Source: Podarcis gaigeae
Taxonomy: Eukaryota
Reading direction: 5' to 3' (one strand)
Assembly: GCA_964106915.2 (NCBI GenBank)
Contig: OZ066916.1
Length of the DNA stretch: 64,000 nucleotides
The translations under genes and the position numbers were made by a program. The notes beneath the pieces are model-generated. The model was given only the letters and a program-made list of their open reading frames with translations, had not been told where the DNA came from and searched no databases. Each line of letters begins with the position of its first letter. Within the stretch, counting starts at the first letter, position 1. Shown here one piece after another: positions 25,451 through 38,180 of the stretch.

Positions 25451-25540
25451 CCACACCCACACTCAGCCAATCAATCGGAGGGCGGTGGAGGTGTGGAGGC
25501 ATTAATAATATAAACTCAAGTCTGCATTGTAAATCACAGA
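25451..25540 (+). promoter_or_regulatory. Candidate RNA polymerase II core/proximal promoter
   Basis: CCACACCC 25451-25458, CCAAT 25467-25471, GGGCGG 25480-25485, TATAAA 25509-25514, Inr-like TCAC at about 25534; canonical order and spacing; non-repetitive context. Confidence 0.5.
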
Positions 25541-28500
25541 GGCTCTCTAGACTATATTCAGCTGTTACCCATTTGCTGCATAGAATCCAGGAATCCTCCA
25601 CCGAAGAGAAATTTGAGCACATAAAAGAAGTGTGCTGTAGCTTAAAGTCTTTCTTTTCATTGTTCTCACAACACCAGCCCATTTAACTGATGGTGAATTG
25701 CCCAAGGCATGGTTTATGTGGGATTTGAACAGAGGGGGAGTTCAATAGTTAGCCTGCATTTGCCATTTAGTGTATCAAACTCCACAGCATACCTGGCACC
25801 ACCAAATAGTCAAAAATAATTTGGCTGCACCCCAAATAAAAAAGGGGGAGTTAATAACCTTATGCCATTCCTTATCTGTGCTGTCAATCAAATCCCTGTT
25901 AGCCAGGAAAGGCTTTTATCTTCTTTCTTTTTAAAATATGTTACAAGCTACATTTAGTAAGTACTAAGTTAAATGAAATGTCGGGTTATTTTATTAAAAT
26001 GTACAAAGCAGCACCTTATCCAATTACAGGGGAGAAGTGTGTGATCAGGAAGAATGGTGCAAGAAGCATAAGTTGAATGTTTTAAGTAACGCTTTTTAGT
26101 GGTCATATGTTGTTAACTGTTCACTGTTCTTTCATTTTAGGAATGTTTGTTTATATATACAAATCCAATAAACATATGGGGCGGGGAAAGCCAATCACAC
26201 TTACCCTATCCAAAAACAAGTATCTGTGTGGCTAGTCCCATTATATAGTTTAGTCACTTGGTGGAAATTTGCTTCATTGCATCTGGGGGAAAGGAATAGT
26301 TCCCAGTAGTTGTTCTGGTCTGGTCTGAAAGAAACACCATGGGTGGATCTACACACAAGGGGGGAAAGCTATAAATAAGTCGGAAATTAAACCGTTATAA
26401 CAAAAGGAAAATAAACGATGGAAAATCACATAGATTTATTTTTTTGTGTGGGCTAGTGAATCTCTTCTTCTCCACCCTTTTAAATTAAATTTGTAGACTG
26501 TTATTTTAGCATACAAAGAGTCCACAGCAGCGGTGGCACATCGGTTAAGTGCTTCCTTGCCTTGCCAGCACCATGTGATCTGCTGCACCAATCGCTGACT
26601 GAGAAGCTCCACCATGATCGTGCTGATATTGGGTGAGAGTCCCCCACCCCGCCCTGGATGTAATCTCACCCAAAAGTGGTGCCGATTCTGATGTTTCTTA
26701 CATGCCGCTGGTACAAGGGCGCTGCCTTTTGGGGCTTCTGCTGCCTTAGGCAGCAGCCTCACTCCATCTAGTGGCTAAGCAGTCATGGCATAGATCTTCA
26801 GCTTGCCTTCATCATATCCTCTCCTTCTGGATTCCTGCAAATGCTCTCAAGGATTTAATAAATAATTTGTATATGTGATTTGGATACAGAATTAGCACAC
26901 TGTGAATGATGGCATGCATACTCGCACCTAGATTTTTGTAGTCCTCTGGCTGATAGTAGGCTATCCTGTTTGGAAATATTGACTGGATTATTTTGCTTTT
27001 TTTTACCCCCAACTGGAAATTATGCTTCTAGAGAGACACACTATTTGGCAGTCATCAGGTACAAACATTCCGCAGAGTAAGTGTCTCCCGTTGAAGTTTA
27101 AATGCAGCTCTGAGAGAATTCCTACTGGACAGAATAGACGTAATTAAGGGTAACTGAACTAACAGTATTTTGTACAGTGCAAACAAATGTGATTTGTTAT
27201 GTTGAACATGAGCATTGTACGCTGTGCAATATATTTTAACAGTTATGACTCAAACTAAATTAGCATCATCCGTGGAAATAGAATAGCTATGATTTAAAAT
27301 GTCTCTCTGAATGTGAAGGCGAGAAGGATAGCCCAAAAGATGTTGAAGAACACATAAGGAATAATGAGTCTATCGTTAGCTACAGTCCTACAAATGAATC
27401 CTCCCTCAAGCTGAGACATTTTGGATTCTTCTTCTTCTTCTTTGTTCTTTTTCAATCTGCTGATCTTTGAGATGCTGAGGTGTTGTTATTATTTTTTTTG
27501 TCTTTGGTATGTTAATGCCTCAGTCAGACATGCTTCCAGACATTTACAAAAGGGGGGGGGGCGGCCGAGAATGCTTTCTCAGCCTAATCATCCCAGCGTC
27601 AGAACATTGACAAATGATAGGTCAAAAGAAGCTGGAATTACTGACATTTTTACATAATGAATAGAGCTAAGATGGAAAACACAAAGCAATCATTTTGACT
27701 ATGTTCAAGGAAACAAAAATTATATAAATGTAGAAAATCACGGACACAATCAGCTGTGTGATAGACAGAGCAAAGATGTAAGAAACTTCCTTCTCTCACT
27801 ACCCTTCCCTCTCCCCCATTGATTACCCCCCCCCCCTTAGGGAGTAGATGGCAGGTTGAGAAGGGCCCCAGGGAAGACGGAAGAAGCCAACCCAGCCATC
27901 CCTCTGGAAGACTGGCGGAAAGTACTGTTCTGAACATCATTTCCTACAAGGGGTGATGGGTTTAGCCCCATATAATCCCTTTGAGGAAAGATGCTTAGGG
28001 AGTGCTGTTTTCTGCATAAGGCGAGGCCAGATGGTCCCTTTGGATCATATCTGGAGTTTTCTGCCTGCTATGGTTCTCTTGGAGGATTTATTTTCCTTGG
28101 AGGGGGAGGGGTGAAAGACAGAGGAGCAGTGGAGGAAGGTTTGGTGGTGGGGTTGAATTAGCATGCGCAAGGGGCCCTCTGTCTAGCAAATGCTAGAACA
28201 GGGTAGAGAACTTCCTTCAGCCTATGGCGCATAAAGCACTGTAGTGGTCGTATTTAAATAGCAAAAATAAATATGAAATAAGGAAAATAATACTTGTAAA
28301 TGCAAGAGCTTAACATAGATAATCCTGGGTAAGTAAAACAAACATTCTGTTGACACGTTTAAATATAATTTGCCTAACACTGAATATTGGAAAAAGCGTA
28401 GTGGTGTTAAGTCTATATTTGGATTAGCTAGCAGGACATTGAATTCCTTTCGTTGGTGTTGTTGGACATCCTTTCGTTGCAAAATGTACTGAAATCTCAT

Positions 28501-30928
28501 CTGTAGTCATAGTGCAGCATCTTTTTTTGGTAGTATGTGTGCACAAGGAAAAACTGAGAAGGGGTTGAATGGGCAGTTGGCAGCCATTCATTGTCAATGA
28601 TTGCTCTTCATTCATAAAAACTGTAGAACAGAGAGGTGGAGCCAGAAGAAGCAGCTTCTGAAAATGAAATGGAAGATCTGTGCTTATTTGCATAATCAGA
28701 AGTGGTTTTAGAAGCTGTTCAAATACTGCATGATGATTATAATGAGATGTATGATAAATATGTGAGAATAAATGAAATCTAGCTTGATTCTTCATTCTTC
28801 ACCCATCCCAATTTTATGCACAAAACCATTTGCTTAACTTTTGTTTCTCTTTGCCTGATCACAGCTTAAATCAGTACGTAGATTATTTTCTACTTCCAAG
28901 AATATAAAGAAAATAACATTCCCATTTTAGTTGTTGAGAAACTGCACTAGAAACTATAATATGGCAAATGGACGATTTTTTTAAAAAGCCAGCTTCGCTT
29001 CTTGGCTCTATTCCAGTTTTCCAAGGTCAGTTTCTCTTGTTCTTGCAGCTAATCTTCTTTGCTGTTCTGTTTTTATCAATTCTCTTTTGATTATATCAAT
29101 CCATTATTCTCTTGCAGACATTGATCATTTTTCAGCCTTCCGACGTGGCACACATCCATTTCTCAACTTCCTTTACTGGGGCGGGGGAGGGGGGGCAACT
29201 TCAGGGTATCAAAGCTCATCTTTTCCCTTTCTTGGTAACCTCAGCACCCACCATTGGGCTTGGATTGCAGTTGCAGCTGATTAGGAACGTGTACTGTGTA
29301 GTGTGTCAGGTCAATATGATGGCAAGAGAGTTTGATAATGTATCCTTTCAACTATAACATCCCACATCTTAAAATAATCTTTATTGGAAGACGCATATAA
29401 TTGAAACATTGCTGTTGGGGTGTGGTCTGAAGGAATATAATGCAGACACTCTGCTGAAGCTCAGCTGGTCTGAATTTGGTCAGTAACTGGATGGGGACCT
29501 CTGACAGGGGTGTTAACTTGGAATAAAATGTTGGGAAGGGCAGGTAAGCCCCGCCCTGGATAACTGATCGCAAGAGGCGGTGCATGCACACCATTAGAAT
29601 GGCAATGCTCATCAACGGGGGGGGGGGGGCGGTCCCTCAAATATTTTATTGGGGGGGTGGCTGTAGGGACCTTGGCTCCTATGGGACTGCATGCATGCCA
29701 CGCCATCCTGGACCCTGGCTGGGTTGAGCTCTGTAACATTTCGTTTCATTTTTCATTTATTAGACTTATTAGTTGCTTGTCACCCAAAGTTCTCCAAATG
29801 ACTTACAGCAAAAAAAGAGAGGTATACAATACATATGGGAGAAAAGTGGGGTGTGTGTGGATTATATAATGCATTAATATTTCATATAACATCTAAAAAA
29901 ATACTCAAATAATAAACAATGCGATATTCTGACCCACTAATGAACAAATAAGCAAAACCTCAACCACCTCCTAGTCCAGAAACCATTCACATCGAATCAC
30001 CTATTTCTCTCCTTTAACCTCCCCATCCCACTCTGAGGTCTGGTGTCAAGGCCAGCTGTTGCAAATCAGTGGTGTGTGGATCCAGTGTCCTCCAGGGATG
30101 GTCCGGCAGCTTCTCTCCTTTCCCTTCAGGGGGGAAGCAGTAGCACAGCAAAGCAGGGTGATGGTAACAGAAGTTTTGTCTGCTTTGCAATTGACCTGGC
30201 TACCACTCCTCTCCTGATCAGCACTGGAACTTTCTGATTCAGCTTCTGCTTTTACCTCAGCTGCCATATTAGGTGCTGCCTGCAGACATCCAGCAACATC
30301 TAGAGGGCTGTCCGCAGGTTCCCTTCCTCTATTATGTTGCCTCATGTGACGGTCTGTTACAGTAGCCTTTCTGCCACTGATTAAAATGCCAGGACGGAAA
30401 TTGCTCTTTTGATTAAAGAAATACTAGAAAATATGTCGGCGTCCTACAGTATGTTCTCATTTTAAAGTACACTTTTGTGAGTGACATGGCGGACTGCATA
30501 TTATTAATTTATTTCATATATTTATGCTCCGCCTTTTAGGGTATAAGATTCACAAGGCAACTTGCGAGAGCTGAGAAATAGATTAAACAGTAAACATGAA
30601 AGCATGGCAGTAAATCAACAACTAAAACAGCAGTGGCAAAAAATGTGAAGCCAATCTGAAGTCTATAAGTAAATAAAAAATCTGTGTCCTGCCACTATGT
30701 CATAATCAAAAGTTTGAGTACAGCCTTTTTATTGGGGTGGGTGAGATATGTGCACTGTGTAAAAGTGCCCAGATTTGGATGTTCAATGGGTATAGCTGCC
30801 TCATTGGTGGTATATCTACTTCAGGAGTCTCCATAACTCTCTTACCCAGCCACGCTTCATCTACCTCACACTCGTTCCTCCTTTCTTTCTGTCCCTCAGC
30901 TCTGGCAGCTCCAATGCCCTCTCTGCTA

Positions 30929-31040
30929 TCATAAAATTGTAGAGTTGGAAGGGACCTTGAGGGTTATCTAGTCCAACCCCTAGCAATACAGAAATCTTTT
31001 GCCCAGTGTAGGGCTCGAATCCACGGCTCTGAGATTAAGA
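30929..31040 (-). mobile_element. tRNA-Lys-derived SINE with CR1-like 3' tail
   Basis: Reverse-complement homologue of 43347-43490. Confidence 0.8.
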
Positions 31041-31101
31041 GTCTCATGCTCTACCAACTGCCCACCATAAAGATTACCAGGGAGTGGTGACAGAAGGCTC
31101 C

Positions 31102-31143
31102 CCTTCCTTCCTTCCTTCCTTCCTTCCTTCCTTCCTTCCTTCC
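31102..31143. repeat. (CCTT)n microsatellite
   Basis: Direct observation. Confidence 0.97.
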
Positions 31144-33642
31144 GCAGCAAGGCATGCCTCAGTTACTTTACACGTGAGGTTCCAGAAAGCACCCACCTTC
31201 ATTTCCTAGAATGCCTCTGGGGAAAGAAAGATGGTGGGTGACTGGAGACAGCTTTAAGGCACCCGACTGTCTCCCATTATAGACAAATAAATGAATGAAT
31301 GGTGGGAGCAGGGCACCACATTGCAGAAGGTGGGTCTACTGCTTCATGTTTACAAGCACTTAGTAATATACCTCTTTTATAATTTATTTATGGGAACATA
31401 ATGTCTAAAAGCATTAATAAATTCAAGCTACGGTACATCCCCATATCTCTTAAACAAACTACCTTGACAAGAAAGACCCTGGGTTGGGTTGATTTAACTT
31501 TTTCTCCCCCCTTACAATACAGTTGCTTTGTGAACTTTTAGGGAATGAAAGGAGAAAAGAGTGGGAAACTCTTTCACGGAAGTGAAATAAGGGTGATGCT
31601 TAAGATCATCCAGGAATATTTCCCACTAAGAGAGAGGCAGTGTACCATATGGATGAGCTCAGTTTCACTCAAAGAACCCATCGGATATTAGAGGGAGTTT
31701 TCTCAGTGAAGATTTTCAACATAACTTCAATGAATAAATCATTAAGTAGTACGTTCCTACCTCCTTGAAGTTTTTTTTTTAAAGGTCAACAGTCCTTAAA
31801 GAAAAATGCATGCACTACACAGAAGCGCGATTGCATTTGTGACTGCCAATCCCATCTGTTCAAATTTTATGGGTCAGTCCTTCTTTATCAAGGAAAACAA
31901 ACGTGTTGAATTAAGAAGCACAGAATTTGAAGTGAACCCAGTGTGGCAGCCGTGGTTCTTGCACGTGTGTTAATTTTTTCCTCATTGCAATGTCAAGGTC
32001 GTATTTTCACATTTTAGAAAACGACATTTGACAGCCACATATTTCCCAACATGAATTTCTTAACTTTGGGTTTCCTAGTTAAGCGGAGGCGATGCTTAAT
32101 TGTCTTAAGTACTGAAAGTGCACTTAATTCCAGCTGCAGTGCAAGGGCAAGGGCAGCGTAATTAGGACTGACAGAGAATCGGATGCAATTTTTACCTGTG
32201 GGAAGCCACCGGCACAGACCGTGTTTTAGCGCCTTGCCTGCCCCACTTTCACTTTTCTCAAGTGCCACTAAAGTCATCCAAGAGAAGAAGATGATCACCC
32301 AGCACTCTCCAGTCAGAGGGAACCATGGCAAGCCGACCTTCTTCAGCATTTAGCAGTCTGCCTCCCAGTGACCCAGTTTACCTTAGTGCATTTTTGTGTC
32401 ATTACTGTTGTGTTCAGTGTTGCAATAATAACATCAAGAAAGAAGAGTGTTGTTTTTTTTAAAAAAAAAGGCTTGCCTATTCCTTTAATAAAATGTGTGC
32501 ATGCACTCTGATAAAAGCTTTTCTGATCGGTGAAAAGCATCTTGAAGTCACTGTCAGTTTCTATTTTTAACTTTGTATGGTTCCTTCCTTCTCCTTCTCC
32601 ATCCCACCCCCCCCCACCAAAAAAAAAAATCCAATATTGCTGCAACAGGTCAAGCTGTTTGCAGCACAGTGGCCTCTAGTGCTTCATGGAGGAAAGTGCA
32701 GGCAGTTTAAGGGGGAATTATTTTTCTCCTCAGTGTGTGAGAGCAATACACGGAACCTGATATTGGCTGCAAAAATACTAGAACCTGGAAACCTCACTAT
32801 GCGACGATCTGTCTAGCTTCTAAAATTTCATTTCTCTTACAATTTCATGCAAAACCTGATATCTTCCCCACTCCCTGATGGCTTAATTTAAGTCAGCCAA
32901 AAACCACAGTGAAAAAAGTGGGTTATGGGTCCTCATTACACAGGGTAAGGATAGTCAAATGAGAGTTTTAGAGCCCAGCTGATAATTTACAGGAAGTACA
33001 AGTCTATTTATTTTATTTTAGAATTCCTTTTCATTCTTTATTGCAAAGATCTGCATCACATTCACCAATCCATCACTGGAAATATAATGGCCGCTAATAC
33101 AATGAAGGAAGAACCATAGAATTCGTTCTGGAGGGGAGATCTTCCAAGCAATTGAGACAAGCAGCATGAAGTAGGGAGAGGGCTTTGTGGTATGATGTGA
33201 TTGCTATTTGTTTGGTTACAGCAATGAATATGCTTAGTAATTGCCTAGCACTCTTTCCTGCGGCTGAGAATAAATATGTCGGACGTTTGTCTGCAAAAAT
33301 AAACATTTTGGGGAGGAAAATGTCCATCATGAAACCAGTCTTGTAAATAAGCCCATAACATATTAGCCTGATTTTTTTCTCCTTTATTTTAAAAAAGAAG
33401 AACTAGCTTTCTATGTTCTCGCAGAGATGGAAAAGATCTCTTCTGCAGCAGCCTGCTGCATTTCTTGTGTGTTGCATGCAGAAAAGGGGACTTTCCTCCC
33501 CTGACACTCCTTGGTTCTGTGCTGAAGACACAGTGCTCCTCCAGGAGTCCAGAAAGGCTCTGCACTGCCCAGACCTGACTATGATGGCTGAGCTGTCCTA
33601 ACATCCTCCACAATGGGCCCACAGGTGGCTGTTTTATTGATG

Positions 33643-33997
33643 GGTAAAGGTAAAGGTATAGGGACCCCTGACCATTAGGTCCAGTCATGACCGACTCCGG
33701 GGTTGCGGTGCTCATCTTGCTTTATTGGCTGAGGGAGCCGGTGTACAGGTGTCATGTGGCCAGCATGACTAAGCCGCTTCTGGCGAACCAGAGCAGCACA
33801 CGGAAATGCCGTTTACCTTCCCACTGGAGTGGTACCTATTTATCTACTTGCACTTTGACGTGCTTTTGAACTGCTAGGTTGGCAGGAGCAGGGACCGAGC
33901 AACGGGAGCTCACCGCGTTGCGGGGATTCGAACCACCAACCTACTGATCGGCAAGTCCTAGGCTCTGTGGTTAAACCCACAGCGCCACCCGCGTCCC
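33643..33997 (-). mobile_element. Sauria SINE, full length
   Basis: Tail GGTAAAGGTAAAGG on the left, head ...GCGCCACCCGCGTCCC on the right; TSD TATTGATGGGTA (33635-33646) / TAATGATGGGTA (33998-34009). Confidence 0.93.
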
Positions 33998-34213
33998 TAA
34001 TGATGGGTAGGGTTGTGGTTTTTTTTAAGGGGATGGGATTCAATTCACTTTGCATGTAAAGGGACACCACCACCCTCAGTTTGCACTTTTCAAAACAATA
34101 TTCAAACTGGAAAAACAGCTATCCATTGAAATTCACACTTCTCTGAATTTTGCAATGCAGTTATCCATTCAAGTAATGGATACAAACATGCATATAGCAG
34201 AGTAAAGTGTGTA

Positions 34214-34640
34214 CAGGCAACTCCCTCCCCATTTACGCGGGGGTTATGTTCCAAGGCACTGCAGGTATATGTGAAATCGTGCATATTTGAAACACCACTG
34301 GAAAAGCCTGCAAACACCCTCAAAGCCTCTGGAAACACTTGAAAAACCCTGTTAAAAAAAACCCAGCAGCACTTACCAGACTCCAAACTCCACCACAATT
34401 GCTCTTTCCAAACCACCTCCCCCAAATTCAAACTCTACATAGGCCTCAACAGTCGGTGCAAGAGTTCATGGGATTGCACTTGCAAAGGTTCGTGGAATTG
34501 TTAAGCACTGGTTTTGCACATTTTCTGGGCTCTTTTAGGGCCATTATTACCATTTTTGTAGTCACTTCTGGTTCAATGTGATGTGCGTATGCATGGCTAT
34601 GCACTTATTGAATGCCTGTAAATGGAGGTGGGGTTGCCTG
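34214..34640. mobile_element. Tc1/mariner-superfamily non-autonomous element
   Basis: TA|CAGGCAACTCCCTCCCCATTTAC...GTAAATGGAGGTGGGGTTGCCTG|TA. Confidence 0.8.
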
Positions 34641-34788
34641 TATACAAAGGCATACGTTGGTGAAAATAACCTACAAAGTTGCATTGTATTGGGGAACACT
34701 GCGTGTGTGAGTCAAAACTGCATGCAAAAATGTGCATGTGATTAATTTTCATGAGGACTTAAAAAAAAATCAAACTGATATGCATATA

Positions 34789-35006
34789 CAGTGGTATCTC
34801 GGGTTACAGACGTTTCAGGTTACAGACTCCGCTAACCCAGAAATAGTACCTCGGGTTAAGAACTTTGCTTCAGGATGAGAACAGAAATTGTGCTCCGGTG
34901 GCAGCAGGAGGCCCCATTAGCTAAAGTGGTATCTCAAGTTATGAACAGTTTCAGGTTAAGAACAGACCTCCAGAACGAAGTAAGTTCTTAACCCGAGGTA
35001 CCACTG
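34789..35006. mobile_element. Tc1/mariner MITE, copy 4
   Basis: Same TIRs, TA flanks. Confidence 0.92.
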
Positions 35007-37166
35007 TATATGGAGAACTGTGCTTCAGAGTGAAAAATTGAGGAACTGAGACAAACCAAAATTGACAGATTTGCACATCTCTTGATGGTGCTGCTTTTGA
35101 ACAGGATCCAAGGATTCCTTTGTGCCGATCAGCTATAGCATATATTGAATCTGTGTGTCTCCTGATGTAGCCTCCTCTCCTTAGATTGATGATGCTGTCC
35201 CTGCCCACATATCGGGACAGCGGAGGTTTGGAAGGCTTGAGGGGGAGCTGGAGGCTGACACATCCAAAATGGTCACTTAATTTTTCAAGGCGTACTCGTG
35301 TTTTGAAGCACAACAGTTTAGGAACCATTGATTAGCTTCCCTTTTGGCATGGAAAGCTGTGAAGAAGCAGCACGAGCAGGAAAAGGCAGTGGAACCCTCT
35401 CCTCATAATAGTATAGCTCTTTCTGGCTCGGCTGTTAACTTCTGCAGTAGGGGAACGTTTACTGCTGGTGGAGGTTCTCCATGCAATGGAAGACCCTGGA
35501 AGATGTGGGTCCTTCGTTGTACAGGGAGCTATGTAAAAATAAAAAGAGTTTCCCTGCTGCAGATAGGGACACAGGGAAACCAAAAGATGCTGTGTGATGG
35601 GGGAGCGCTAAATGTGCGACACCCACCCTTTCCAACTCTCCTTCACAGCCTTAACTCCTGAGGAGGACTGTTGCCTTCCGTGTTGGTTGAGGGAAAGTGA
35701 TGTGCAATCTGGGGATTTCACCATTTACTTTTTTTTGTGTGTGTGTTTTTTTAAAGAACTTGGGTGACAAACACTGTGGTCATAGTCACAGTTACTTTAG
35801 ATAACACTTCAAAAAGGAAGGGGGGAAACACATGGTAAGGTGAAGAAATGAGAGGGACAGCCAGTACTTGGAGATAAAGCTCTATTAATATAAGAAGTGT
35901 GATGTTTTCAAGCTCTCTGTAAAAAGATCGCATGACTCAGGCTGCTGACTTGGGGTGTCTTGATGCAATACAAGGACAGTTACTGGAAACTGGTCAAATG
36001 CTGACATAATTTTTTAAAAGTGTCTAAATGGACCTTCGCAGCATGCAAATATTGCAAGTATGCATGCATGTATGTCTATAAAGGTTTCGCACACTTTTCT
36101 ATGTAAGCTGCTTACAAATTCGGAACACTATGAAATATAGCCCTTAAGATGGATCCATTCAAACAAAACAGTGGCATCAGATGAATACCAGCAGATCAAG
36201 GTCTGCACAAACCCACCATTGAGCGTCAGTGCAAAAAATAGGCACTGGTGGAGCCAAATACCCTCCTTCCTGGGACAACGTCTTAATGTTGAGAGTGGCA
36301 CTGTGGAAAAGGGCCTGTCTCTCTAGTCCGATGGCGACAGAAGGTATAGCAGAGCTTCAGAAATGACTTCTTCTTAGTTTTGTGATTATCATTAGATGTA
36401 TTTATTTTTTAATGAAGTCATTGTTCATAGATTATTTTTGTCTCAAATCATTTGTGTTCTATTATGGCAAGCTGGTTCGGGAAGGGTTTGCTCTTTAGTG
36501 CAGGGTCGGCTAACCTTTTTCAGCCACTCAAGGTGGGCCAACGCTTTGAAGGCCTCATCCTGGTGGTTGTGGCCACCAACCACAGTCACTCTTTTTGCTT
36601 GCACATACACAGACTACAAAAGCACGGCAACTACAATACACACAGACATACTGCACATAGAGCACAAGCAAGTCATACACCTGTCTCTATCACATAACTT
36701 CTGTGCACTTCTGCAGGCACATATCGTTCTCTCTTACACACACATGTACCTGCAGGTACACACCATTACGTCTTCCTGTTTCTCTTCCTCACACACACAG
36801 CCACACACCATGAAAGAAAGCAGTGGAGTGGATGGTGCTGATTCCTTCCCATCTCTCTGCTGGGTGCAGAGGAGACGTTCTCCTACCTCCAAGCCCAATG
36901 CTGTCATCGGAAAGAAGATACACTGGCCCTCTGCCTACCTTGGAAAAAGTGCCTCTTCTTCTGCTTGTGTGTTACTGTTGCTTGCAGGTCAGGCTGCTCA
37001 GGAAACAAGAAGGACCTCCTATTTCCAGAGCTCTCTAACCTGCTAGCATTGACAGTGTGCAAGTGGAATGAGAGACACCTTTCCAAGGTAAGGCCAGGGA
37101 GCTGGTGGACTACTGACAATAGCTTGGCATATCTGATCCAGTTGGTGGACCTCAAGTTTGCTAACC

Positions 37167-37167
<1 letters not shown>

Positions 37168-37240
<73 letters not shown>
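37168..37240. repeat. Compound (TG)n(TCTG)n microsatellite
   Basis: Direct observation. Confidence 0.97.
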
Positions 37241-37243
<3 letters not shown>

Positions 37244-37319
37244 AGACACCTGGGATGGTACCCCCTGAGGCTTTGCAAGAGTGGAGGGCAGCTGGCTAGA
37301 GCCATCTGCCTTTCAAGTA

Positions 37320-37579
37320 CAGTGGTACCTCGGGATTCAAACGGGATCCGTTCCGGAGCCCCGTTTGCATCCAGAAGCAAACGTAACAAGCGACAGCATG
37401 TCTGCGCATGCGCGCGTCGCTTTTCGCTGCTTCTGTGCATGTGCGTGATGTCATTTTGAGCGTCTGCACATGTGCGAGCGGTGAAACCCGGAAGTAGTGC
37501 GCTCCATTACTTCAGGGTTGCCGCGGAGTGCAACTTGAATGCGCTCAATATGAAGCATATTCAACCCGAGGTATGACTG
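37320..37579. mobile_element. Tc1/mariner MITE, related subfamily with a different CpG-rich interior
   Basis: TA|CAGTGGTACCTCGGG...CCCGAGGTATGACTG|TA; interior with TGCGCATGCGC repeats differs from the other copies. Confidence 0.85.
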
Positions 37580-37994
37580 TACAGTATATAGAGGCTATTC
37601 CCCCCCCCCCCCGAAGGTGTTTCTCACTCAAATAAAAAGTACCCCATATAATAAAACAATAGTAACATTCTGTTGATAGCTACACTTAAAATGCATTTCT
37701 TCTGGTTGAGCAGTCTTTTGGTTGTTCTGGCCTATCTTGAAAATAGATAAATACGTTTCCATATATAACAAACAGCACCTATATGTTTTATACTTCATGG
37801 TCTAGTAGGAAATGAATGGATGCCTTTGAAAAAATCAATGCTCACAAACAAAAGAAGGTGGAAGGTATGCATTTAAAACTTAAGTGCTTCCCCCCCCCCC
37901 ATTTTCAATTATAGATCATGCCCCCTCCTCGGGCATTGTAGGGTTGTAGTATAGACTAACAATAGCCACTAGCAGATGAAATGCAAAATGTGGA

Positions 37995-38180
37995 CTGAAG
38001 AGGCCTGGGTTCCAATCCCTGCTTAGTCATAACACTCACTGTGCAGCCTTGGACAAATCAATACCCTCCAATCTTACAAACAAGGTAGTTGTTCAGATCA
38101 AATAGGGTATTCTGCTGAATGCTGTCCTTTGAGATCCTTGGCAGATTGGCAGGGTACAAATGTACTAAATTTAAAATAAA
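37995..38180 (+). mobile_element. Old CORE/MIR-like SINE fragment
   Basis: CCTGGGTTCCAATCCC B box, CACTGTGCAGCCTTGGACAAATCA core-like segment and A-rich tail. Confidence 0.5.

Larger units (their letters stand above)
34028..35081. mobile_element. Old hAT-like element interrupted by two younger MITEs
   Basis: Segments 34028-34212, 34642-34788 and 35007-35081 are collinear with 9015-9463. Confidence 0.6.

Noticed and set aside
25039-25686. 215-aa ORF as a gene
   Set aside because: GTG start, no recognisable domain, crosses pyrimidine tracts and the promoter-like motifs; likely a chance ORF.
27205-27230. miR-103/107-like sequence (AGCATTGTAC)
   Set aside because: Only 10 nt match, the seed is incomplete and no precursor hairpin is evident.
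36396-37459. Overlapping 164-216-aa ORFs
   Set aside because: Kept open by CA-rich DNA, microsatellites and a MITE; no recognisable protein family.
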